This document shows, in pieces, positions 18,396 through 26,586 of a DNA stretch of 64,000 nucleotides. This DNA comes from a candidate division WOR-3 bacterium (GTDB taxonomy: Bacteria > Hydrothermota > Hydrothermia > Hydrothermales > Hydrothermaceae). The number at the start of each line of letters is the position of its first letter. Position 1 is the stretch's first letter. The DNA is taken from positions 49,767 through 113,766 of the forward strand of contig CBFGJO010000001.1 of assembly GCA_965649125.1 (NCBI GenBank), written 5' to 3'. The position numbers and the translations under genes are program-made. The notes under the pieces are model-generated. The model searched no databases. It saw only the letters and a list, made by a program, of their open reading frames with translations, and was not told the origin of the DNA.

Positions 18396-20263
18396 ATATT
18401 ATCTTTTCCTGAAAGTTTGATTTTTTTTGCAAGTTGGATTATCTTTTCTTTTAACTCTTTATAAGTAGGATCTTTTTCATATAAAATTTTATAATATTTA
18501 ATAGCCTCTCTGAAATTACTCTTTGCTTCATAGGCTTTCCCAAGTTCATAATATATTGCTCTTTCTTTCTCCTCGTCTTCCACGTTTTTAATATTCAAAG
18601 CATTTAATAAATTCTCTATTGCCATATCATACTTTTTAATTTCAGAAAATATTTGACCAAGGTAATAATACGCTTCTTTTTTTATTTTATTATCTCCTGC
18701 AAGTGCTTTATTTAAATTAACAATTGCCTCTTCAAAAAGACCCAATTCTTTCATTGCGATACCCACTTCTAAGGCATAAACTGGGTCAACCTTCTCTGCA
18801 TGGGTGTATATAGATTCTTTTATATGGTCAAATATTTCTTTTTCTTCTTTTTTCATAGAGATTTCTTCTTTTTCAAGTTCTTTTCTTATTTCCTCTCCAA
18901 GGTCAATGAAATTAACTTCCGAAATAACTTCGGCCTCCTCTATAACTTCCTCTTTTACTCTCTCTTCTTTTATAATTATTTCTTCCGGTTTAGCCTTCTT
19001 TTCCAATTTTTCTAAAAGACCAGGAGCAAGGATTGCGAGTTTTTCTCTTGCCTCTTTGCAGTTAGGGTCAGCCCTTTTTAGAATCTGAAGATACCAGATT
19101 TTTGCTTTTTCCTTATCTCCTCTTTCATACAGGCAATTTGCTAATTCAAGGAGTGATTCAACTAAAAGATTTTTATTCTTCATTTGCTGTGCTATTTGAA
19201 CAAGTTTCTGTCTTGACTCAAGTTCAAGAGGGAAAAGATCATTAATCTTTTTATATATCCTGATCGCATTCATGAAATCCTGTTCCTTATAATATCCATG
19301 GGCAGCAGTATAGTATTCTCTTAAAGCCTCCCCTTTTTCCCCTAATTCTAAATATACATCCCCCATTTCAACTATTTGCTCCCATCCCTTTCTTTTTATT
19401 TTTGGTTCAACCTCTTCTTCCCTTTTCTCCAAAACCTCTTCCTTTTGGATTTCTTCAACAGGAGTTTCTTTTATTTCCTGCACTTCTTGAACCTCTTCTT
19501 TTATTTCTTCCTTGGGTTTTATAATGAATTCCCGGAAACCGAGCTTCTCTTCTTTTAACAAATCCTCAACTGAAACAAATTCTTTTTCTTCTTCATCTTC
19601 CTTTTCTGCCCTCTCCAGTTCTTGAGTTCCCTCAATTTCTATTTTTTCTTCGCCTAAAATTATTTGTATCTCTTCCATCTTTTCTCTTATTTCCATAAGT
19701 CTATCTTCTCTTCCAATTTTTTTATAATGTTCAAATATATCGCTATATATCTTCCAGGCTTCCTTAGGAAAATTATGGAGAAGATAAAGTTCAGCAACTT
19801 CTTTTTTAAGTAAAATATTTTCAGGAATTAATTGCATCAATTTTTTATAAACTTCAAAAGCCTTATCAATTTCTCCTTTTTTGTATACATAATCAGCATA
19901 TTCATGAAGTGCTTTAGCCGCTTCTGTTATCATACCCCTTTGATAATAGGATTCTGCAAGGTCAATTAAAAGTTCTTTCTTTGTCGGTTCTATCTCAAGG
20001 ATCTTCTTATAAAGGGGGATTAAATAAGAATGAGCATCATGTTTTTTATAACCCTCCATTGCCTTTAAATAATATTCAAGAGCCTCCTTTTTATTTCCAA
20101 GTTTTTTATGTAATTCCCCTATTCTTTGATAGATACTTTCATCAATTGCATCAGGATAATTTAAAAGTTTTTGAAGTTCTTGAAGGGCTTGCTTATAAAG
20201 TCCCTGTGCTTGATACTCTGCTGCCTTTTTCTTTATTTCAAGTATTTCTTTACTCTCCCTCAT
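18392..20263 (-). CDS. TPR-repeat protein with central highly acidic Glu/Lys linker
   Basis: Repeated A..Y...G.Y..A...Y..AL..DP tetratricopeptide patterns at both ends and an E/K-rich low-complexity middle. There is no signal peptide. Confidence 0.7.
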   Translation of the reverse strand: MRESKEILEIKKKAAEYQAQGLYKQALQELQKLLNYPDAIDESIYQRIGELHKKLGNKKEALEYYLKAMEGYKKHDAHSYLIPLYKKILEIEPTKKELLIDLAESYYQRGMITEAAKALHEYADYVYKKGEIDKAFEVYKKLMQLIPENILLKKEVAELYLLHNFPKEAWKIYSDIFEHYKKIGREDRLMEIREKMEEIQIILGEEKIEIEGTQELERAEKEDEEEKEFVSVEDLLKEEKLGFREFIIKPKEEIKEEVQEVQEIKETPVEEIQKEEVLEKREEEVEPKIKRKGWEQIVEMGDVYLELGEKGEALREYYTAAHGYYKEQDFMNAIRIYKKINDLFPLELESRQKLVQIAQQMKNKNLLVESLLELANCLYERGDKEKAKIWYLQILKRADPNCKEAREKLAILAPGLLEKLEKKAKPEEIIIKEERVKEEVIEEAEVISEVNFIDLGEEIRKELEKEEISMKKEEKEIFDHIKESIYTHAEKVDPVYALEVGIAMKELGLFEEAIVNLNKALAGDNKIKKEAYYYLGQIFSEIKKYDMAIENLLNALNIKNVEDEEKERAIYYELGKAYEAKSNFREAIKYYKILYEKDPTYKELKEKIIQLAKKIKLSGKDNI

Positions 20264-21069
20264 TTAATCCCTCTTGTATTAGCAACCTTTTCTATTATCT
20301 CCTCATTCACTTTATCTTTTTTTTCAAGATAAGCCTCTAAAAGAGCAGAATCACATATTATATTTATAACTCTTGGGATACCATGAGAATAGAGAGTAAT
20401 TTTTTCTATTGCCTTCTTTGTGAAAATCTCCTTTTTACCTCCACATCTTTCTATTCTAAAATTTATATAATTCTCAATTTCTTCTTTCGGAATTTCACTT
20501 AATTCTGCCCATATTGCTATTCTTTGATAAAAAGGAGTATAAGTTTTTAAATTTTCTGCAAGGTCTTTTGAACCCACAAGGACTAAGTGAAATATTTTTT
20601 CTATACCAGTTTCAAGATTTAACAAATTCCTTAAATCTTCCATTACTTCTTTATTTTTTATTTTATCCGCTTCATCTATAAGAAGAACTATCTTCTCGTT
20701 TCTCTCCTCATATCTTTCCATAATTTTTCTAACAAGAAAAGAAAAAACATCATCCTCTTTTTCTTCCATTCCATAAAAATTAAGTAATTTTTTCAAAAAC
20801 CATTTTCTATCAAATCCGGAATGGGCACATATAATGAGAAGAGGGTCATAACTTTGGTTCTCGTAAAGGTTTAAAAGAATTTTTCTCAAAAGTATACTTT
20901 TTCCTGTTCCTGCATCTCCTGTAATTGCAACAGCACCTCTATTATTCTCAATTGAGAAAATAACCCTTAAAAGTGCCTGTGAATGAGGCTTTGATTCATA
21001 AAAGAGTTTCGGGTCCGGAATCATGGAAAAAGGGTCTTGCTTTAATCCAAAATATTCATATATTTTCAT
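20260..21069 (-). CDS. ExeA/GspA/MshM-type AAA ATPase (AAA_22-like)
   Basis: N-terminus MKIYEYFGLKQDPFSMIPDPKLFYESKPHSQAL...AITGDAGTGKS and Walker B LLIDEAD, the hallmark N-terminal region of ExeA/MshM. Confidence 0.7.
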   Translation of the reverse strand: MKIYEYFGLKQDPFSMIPDPKLFYESKPHSQALLRVIFSIENNRGAVAITGDAGTGKSILLRKILLNLYENQSYDPLLIICAHSGFDRKWFLKKLLNFYGMEEKEDDVFSFLVRKIMERYEERNEKIVLLIDEADKIKNKEVMEDLRNLLNLETGIEKIFHLVLVGSKDLAENLKTYTPFYQRIAIWAELSEIPKEEIENYINFRIERCGGKKEIFTKKAIEKITLYSHGIPRVINIICDSALLEAYLEKKDKVNEEIIEKVANTRGIK

Positions 21070-21079
21070 CTTTTTCCTC

Positions 21080-22465
21080 CTAATAAATAATTATAATTCT
21101 CTCATTAAATTCCTTTCTCTTTTTTAGAACTTTTTCTTCAGGAAGTTCCTGAACAACTTCAACCTCTTCAATACCTTCCTCAATCACCTCTTCTTTTGGC
21201 ACCGTTACAACTTCTTCACCTTTAATTTTTCTCAGTCTTTCTTCTATATCCATGAAATCAGGATTTTTTTCATATATCTCGTTAAGAATTTCAAGAGCCC
21301 TGTTTATATCACCAAGTTTTTCATAAGAAATGGCTTTGAAATACTTCAAAATATCCTCTTTTGCTAAATCAAAGGTTTCTATTTCAAGAATTTTTTCATA
21401 TTCTCCTATTTCATAAAGAGAATAAAGGTAATATTCTATAAATTTATCAAGAGAAATGTTTTTTTTCAAAAGGCTTTCAAAAACACGAATTGATTCGTTG
21501 TGCAAAGAGGAAGAGGAAAAAACTATACCTATTCTCTTTAAATTTTCAATATTTTCTTCAAAAATTCCATCCAATCTTTTCTGCACTAAGGAAAAAATTT
21601 CATCATAATTCATCTCTACTTTTACCTTTGGTGGATTTTCTATGAACTCCTCAATTTTTTCTATTCTTGTATCAGGTATCCCAAGATTTTTTATCTTTGT
21701 AATTATTTCTTTACATTTTTCAAAATCCCCTCTTTCTACACAAAATCCGTATATTGAACTCAAATATTCATTTAATGCCTCTTCTTTTGAACCTATATTA
21801 TCTAAGAGTTCTGCAAGTTCCAAAGTCCCTTCAGGTTCAAGTTTTCTTTCTTCTATTCCCTCTATCTTAATTATATCCTTTAATTTCTGAGTGTCAATTT
21901 TCTCGCCTAAAAATCTCTTTAAAATGTTAACTTTTTCTTTATCCCCTTTACTTTCATATTCAGAAATAGCCTTTTTTAAATTTTCTTCTCCTTCTTCAAA
22001 ATTTGAAAGAAAATAAAATAAAAATTCATTCTTAATGCCTTCTTCTTTAAATAGATTTTCAATGAATTTAACTCCTTCTTCCTTTTTTCTTGAATTCAAA
22101 AGTCCTTTAAAATAATTGTAGAATGTATTTTTGAATTCTTCTTTAAGCCCATATTTTATAGAAATATAACAAATTGGGATATTTACAGAGAGGCTTTCCC
22201 CTTCTATTTTTTTTATTTTTAAAAAAATAGGCAGAAGCTGGATTTCCTCTTTTCTTTCCCTGCCTATTTCAAGTGATTTTTTATAGTTTTCAAGAGCCTT
22301 TTCCTCCTCACCTGTTTCCATGTATATATCACCCAAGATTTCGTATAAATTGGGATTTTCAGGATCTTCTTCAATTTCTCTCTGGATAAGATTTTTTACT
22401 TTTTCAAAATCTCTTTCTCTTAGAAACTTATATATTTTATTTTTAAAAAACATCTCAATTTGCAT
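21080..22465 (-). CDS. TPR-repeat protein
   Basis: 461 aa with several recognisable TPR units (for example ...YEILGDIYMETGEEEKALENYKKSLEI...). First gene of the long minus-strand operon. Confidence 0.6.
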   Translation of the reverse strand: MQIEMFFKNKIYKFLRERDFEKVKNLIQREIEEDPENPNLYEILGDIYMETGEEEKALENYKKSLEIGRERKEEIQLLPIFLKIKKIEGESLSVNIPICYISIKYGLKEEFKNTFYNYFKGLLNSRKKEEGVKFIENLFKEEGIKNEFLFYFLSNFEEGEENLKKAISEYESKGDKEKVNILKRFLGEKIDTQKLKDIIKIEGIEERKLEPEGTLELAELLDNIGSKEEALNEYLSSIYGFCVERGDFEKCKEIITKIKNLGIPDTRIEKIEEFIENPPKVKVEMNYDEIFSLVQKRLDGIFEENIENLKRIGIVFSSSSLHNESIRVFESLLKKNISLDKFIEYYLYSLYEIGEYEKILEIETFDLAKEDILKYFKAISYEKLGDINRALEILNEIYEKNPDFMDIEERLRKIKGEEVVTVPKEEVIEEGIEEVEVVQELPEEKVLKKRKEFNERIIIIY

Positions 22466-22532
22466 TTTAACCTCCTAATCCATAATTTTTTCCACTTTTA
22501 GATTTTTATTATACCAAAAAAAATAAAATTCT

Positions 22533-23720
22533 TCAAGTATCTTTATAAACAATTTTTCCCTTTTTAATGACAATTTTTTTAAAATTATAATCAAAATTAT
22601 AAAAAATATAATGAATATCAGGTATTTTTAAAAGGATAATATCTGCCTGTTTTCCCTCCTCTATGCTTCCCAGGACATTTTCCCTTTTTATTGCCCTTGC
22701 AGCATTTAGAGTGATACCAAGAATAACATCCTTTATTTCCATTTTCATTATAAAAAGGGCTAATTTTGCCGGTGTTAAAATAGAAAAACAGGGGGAAGTG
22801 CCTGGATTGTGGTCTGTTGCAATTGCTATTTTTACTCCTTCATTTTTAATCTTTTTTGCATCAGCAAACTTTTTTCTTATAAAGAAAGAAGTTGCAGGTA
22901 AAAGAACTGCTATCACATTTTTTTCCCTCATCTTCCTTATCCCATTTATACTTGAATGAACCATATGTTCGCAGGAGACAGCTCCAATCTCACCTGCAAG
23001 ATACGCACCTTTTGAATCACTGAGCTCATCTGCATGGATTTTTGCTAAAAGACCAATTTCTTTTGCCTTTTCACATATCTTCTTACTTTCAGAATAATTG
23101 AAAACTCCTTTCTCAGAAAAAACGTCGCAGAATTCTGCATATTTCTTTGCCATTGGGATACCTTCATTTATTATCTCTTCAATATATTTCTTCTTTGAAT
23201 ATCCTTCTGGAACAGCATGAGCCCCCATATAAGTTATCACAATATCCTGAAGAGCCTTTTCCTTTACCTTATTTAAAATTTTAAGGAGTCTCTCTTCATC
23301 CTTTAATGAAAGACCGTATCCTGTTTTAATTTCACAGGTAGTGGTTCCTTCTTTGATCAAAATATTAAGTCTCTCAAAAAGTAGGTTTTCAATTTCTTCG
23401 TCACTTGCCTTTCTTGTGTCATTTACTGTTTTAAGTATACCACCACCTTTTTTAAGAATCTCAAGATAGGATGCACCTTCAAGTTTCAGTTTAAATTCCT
23501 CTAATCTATCACCTGCATATATAAGATGAGTATGGGAATCAATAAATCCCGGGAGAGATATATATTCACTTGCATCAAAAATTTCTGCCCCTTTTTCTTC
23601 TTTAATTCTCCCTATTTTTTTAATCTTTCCATCTTCAATATAAATTGAAGAGTTTTCAATCAATTTAAAATCATCATCACATACATAAATTTTTCTTATA
23701 TTTTTAAGAATCAATTTCAT
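22533..23720 (-). CDS. hutI: Imidazolonepropionase-like amidohydrolase
   Basis: GFIDSHTHLIYAGDR..EF and IKTGYGL match the HutI metal-binding and signature motifs. 395 aa. No hutH, hutU or hutG nearby. Confidence 0.7.
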   Translation of the reverse strand: MKLILKNIRKIYVCDDDFKLIENSSIYIEDGKIKKIGRIKEEKGAEIFDASEYISLPGFIDSHTHLIYAGDRLEEFKLKLEGASYLEILKKGGGILKTVNDTRKASDEEIENLLFERLNILIKEGTTTCEIKTGYGLSLKDEERLLKILNKVKEKALQDIVITYMGAHAVPEGYSKKKYIEEIINEGIPMAKKYAEFCDVFSEKGVFNYSESKKICEKAKEIGLLAKIHADELSDSKGAYLAGEIGAVSCEHMVHSSINGIRKMREKNVIAVLLPATSFFIRKKFADAKKIKNEGVKIAIATDHNPGTSPCFSILTPAKLALFIMKMEIKDVILGITLNAARAIKRENVLGSIEEGKQADIILLKIPDIHYIFYNFDYNFKKIVIKKGKIVYKDT

Positions 23721-23756
23721 TTTTAAAAAAATATTATAAAGGATTATAATAAAAAG

Positions 23757-24443
23757 ATGAAAAGGATTTTAAAAAACATTTTTAATTTTTTCTTTCCTTA
23801 TTTATGTTTCTTATGTGAAAAAGAGATTAAAGAAGATGAAATTATATGCAATGAGTGCTTTGAAGAAATAATGAGACTTATTATAAAAGAGCCTTTTTGT
23901 AAAAGATGCGGAAAAGAAAAAAAGTATAACCATAAATGTGAAAAGATTTTCAAATTTGATGAAATAATACCTTTATTTCATTACAGAGGTAAAATTTTAG
24001 ATTTGATACATAATTATAAATATAAAAGAATGATAAAAATTTCAAAAATTTTGATCCCCCTTTTAAAAAACAGGATAGAAAAAATAGAGGAAAAATATGA
24101 CTTTATCATTTCAGTTCCCCTTCATCCTGCAAGAAAAAGGGAAAGGGGGTTTGACCAAAGTGAGATATTTTGTAATGAGATTGCAAAAAAACTTAAAATT
24201 CCTTATATAAAAAATGGAATTTATAGAATAAGATATACAGTGCCACAGGCAAAAATAAAAGAGGAGGAAAAAAGAATAAATAATATAAAAGGAGCATTTA
24301 AAGTAGATCTTGATTTAAAAGATAAAAAAATAATAATATTTGATGATGTTTTAACAACAGGAGCAACTTTAAATGAATTATCCGAGATTTTAAAAGAAAG
24401 GGGTGCTTTAAAAATACTTGTTTTGACGATTGCAATTGCATGA
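23757..24443 (+). CDS. ComF/GntX-family phosphoribosyltransferase-domain protein
   Basis: N-terminal Zn-ribbon cysteines CxxC...CxxC, then the C-terminal PRTase motif IIIFDDVLTTGATL. Confidence 0.7.
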   Translation: MKRILKNIFNFFFPYLCFLCEKEIKEDEIICNECFEEIMRLIIKEPFCKRCGKEKKYNHKCEKIFKFDEIIPLFHYRGKILDLIHNYKYKRMIKISKILIPLLKNRIEKIEEKYDFIISVPLHPARKRERGFDQSEIFCNEIAKKLKIPYIKNGIYRIRYTVPQAKIKEEEKRINNIKGAFKVDLDLKDKKIIIFDDVLTTGATLNELSEILKERGALKILVLTIAIA

Positions 24444-25177
24444 CCCAAATAGAAAAAATTAAAGAGAAAAAGAAAATTATAAGGGAAAAGATATGGAAAA
24501 CTCTTGAAGAAAAAAATGTTGCAATTTTTCCTGGTTCTTGGAATAGAATACCAAATTTTAAAGGTGCTGAAAAATGCACAAGATTTTTAGAAAGAATCCC
24601 TGAATGGAACAAGGCAAAATTTATAAAATCAAATCCTGATTCGCCCCAGAAATGTATAAGGGAAAAGGCACTAAAAGAAGGGAAAACAATTTATATGGCT
24701 TTTCCAAGATTAAGAGAATTAAAATGTTTTATAAAAATTGATCCTGAAAAAGTAAAGGATATATCATTCGCTTCAACAATAAAAGGGGCATTTAAACTCG
24801 GTGAAAAGGTTCATCCAAAAGAAATTGAAAGAATAGATTTAATAATCGCGGGCTCTGTAGCAGTAAATCTTAATGGGAAAAGATTAGGGAAAGGTGGGGG
24901 ATATTCTGATTTAGAATATGCTATAGGAAGAAATTTTGGATTTATAGATAAAAATACAAAGATAATTACAAGCGTCCATCCACTGCAAATAATAGATGAA
25001 GAGATACCTTTTTTACCCCACGATATACCTGTTGATTACATAATAACACCTTTTAATTTACACAAAATAGAAATTAATATTCCAAAACCTGAAGGAATAT
25101 TATGGGAATTCCTTGATGATGAAAAAATTGAAAATATACCAATTTTAAAAGAGATTAAATGCTTTCATAATGTTTGA
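24440..25177 (+). CDS. 5-formyltetrahydrofolate cyclo-ligase family protein
   Basis: Family signature region DLIIAGSVAVNLNGKRLGKGGGYSD. 4-nt overlap with the preceding gene. Confidence 0.55.
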   Translation: MTQIEKIKEKKKIIREKIWKTLEEKNVAIFPGSWNRIPNFKGAEKCTRFLERIPEWNKAKFIKSNPDSPQKCIREKALKEGKTIYMAFPRLRELKCFIKIDPEKVKDISFASTIKGAFKLGEKVHPKEIERIDLIIAGSVAVNLNGKRLGKGGGYSDLEYAIGRNFGFIDKNTKIITSVHPLQIIDEEIPFLPHDIPVDYIITPFNLHKIEINIPKPEGILWEFLDDEKIENIPILKEIKCFHNV

Positions 25178-25954
25178 AATTCCAAGAAATAAAACAATTA
25201 TCCCGATTAAAATTTTTAAATTTTTTTCAGGTGTTCTTTTAACAAACAATGCTGAAAAAGGGACAGAAAGAACACTTCCTAAAATAAGGGGGATCCCTAT
25301 CTTTAAATCTATGCCCTTTCCTATGAGAATATAAATTAAAATGGAAAAAAAACAGATAATCCCCTCTGCAAGAGAGGTTGTCCCTATTGAACTCTTTACA
25401 GAGCGACCCGAAGCAATCTGACCACCTGCAACAAGTGGACCATAACCACCTGCAGAAATTCCTTTATTAAAACCACTTAAAAGAGCAATGAATAAAAAAG
25501 TTTTCCAGGTAAAAATAACTTTTCTGTTTAAATTTATAAGTATATAAATGCCTATTCCAGTAACCATAACCGCAATATAAAAACTAACAAATTTCTTTGG
25601 AAGATTGATTGAAACTAAGGAGGCAAAAATTGCTCCTATCACCCCAAAAATTATAAGAAAATAACTCACTTTAGCATCTTCTGACCTCGGAACATAACCA
25701 AGCCCTGAAAGCCTTTTTAAAACTTCTTTATCTTTCCTAAAATCAAACCTCACATTACCAAATTGATGGTGCAATATACCTCCTAATATTCCGGTAATAA
25801 ATTCTGAAAATAAAACACACGGAACAATTTTTGATGGTGAAAAACCAACTAAAATCAAAATTGGTGTTAAAGAAGTTCCATAACCCATCCCTATACTTGA
25901 ATCAATAAACTCAAAGAAAAAGGAAAGGAGTGCTAAAGCAAAAAACTTTATCAT
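25145..25954 (-). CDS. TSUP (TauE/SafE) family membrane anion exporter
   Basis: Two-repeat 4+4 TM organisation. N-terminus LLSFFFEFIDSSIGMGYG and conserved Gly-rich helices. Confidence 0.75.
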   Translation of the reverse strand: MIKFFALALLSFFFEFIDSSIGMGYGTSLTPILILVGFSPSKIVPCVLFSEFITGILGGILHHQFGNVRFDFRKDKEVLKRLSGLGYVPRSEDAKVSYFLIIFGVIGAIFASLVSINLPKKFVSFYIAVMVTGIGIYILINLNRKVIFTWKTFLFIALLSGFNKGISAGGYGPLVAGGQIASGRSVKSSIGTTSLAEGIICFFSILIYILIGKGIDLKIGIPLILGSVLSVPFSALFVKRTPEKNLKILIGIIVLFLGISNIMKAFNLF

Positions 25955-25989
25955 AATACTAAAATTATACTACAATTGGAGTATAAAAG

Positions 25990-26586
25990 TCAAATTTTTA
26001 TTTTTAAATAAATTGCCCTATCTTTTGAAATTTTTTCATAAATGGGAATAAATTTTTCTTTTTCTTTTTTTGCAACAAATATATAACTTACTCCATATTT
26101 ATCATTAAAATTCTCTTTTAATCCAATCCTTTTTAATATCTCCTCAATTTCTTCATTCCATAAAAAGGATGCGTCTCCTGCTATACTCACAAAAATTATA
26201 AAATCAGAATTAAAACTTATAAATTCGTTAAATTCTTTTATATTTTCTTTAAGGTTAAAAATTTTAACATTTGATTTTTCAGGTTCAAAGATAAAAATCC
26301 AGATTCCCTTTTTATATTCAAAAGCATAATAATTTTTATCAAAGCCGAATATAACCTTTGAAAATCTTTTGTCAAAATTAAATCCATAAGAAAGAATAAA
26401 AAATTCCCTTCCGTCTTTATTTATGAGGATATTTTCTCTATGTATTTTCAAGGATAAAAAAAGATTCTTTATCTCTTCATTTACTATTTTGAGTGATCCG
26501 CGCGGAAATGTTGAATAAAAAAAGTGAGAAATGAAAAGTAAAGTTCCAAAAAATAAAAATATGTATCTTTTTATCTTTTTAACCAT
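25990..26586 (-). CDS. Hypothetical N-terminally anchored/secreted protein
   Basis: Signal/anchor MVKKIKRYIFLFFGTLLFISHFF. No motif recognised. 16-nt overlap with the upstream membrane glycosyltransferase-like gene. Confidence 0.3.
   Translation of the reverse strand: MVKKIKRYIFLFFGTLLFISHFFYSTFPRGSLKIVNEEIKNLFLSLKIHRENILINKDGREFFILSYGFNFDKRFSKVIFGFDKNYYAFEYKKGIWIFIFEPEKSNVKIFNLKENIKEFNEFISFNSDFIIFVSIAGDASFLWNEEIEEILKRIGLKENFNDKYGVSYIFVAKKEKEKFIPIYEKISKDRAIYLKIKI

Noticed and set aside
18800-20340. Plus-strand ORFs 18800-19088, 19376-19558 and 19981-20340, antisense to the 623-aa TPR gene.
   Set aside because: Phe/Ser/Leu-rich mirror images of the acidic linker codons. Artifacts of AT-rich composition.
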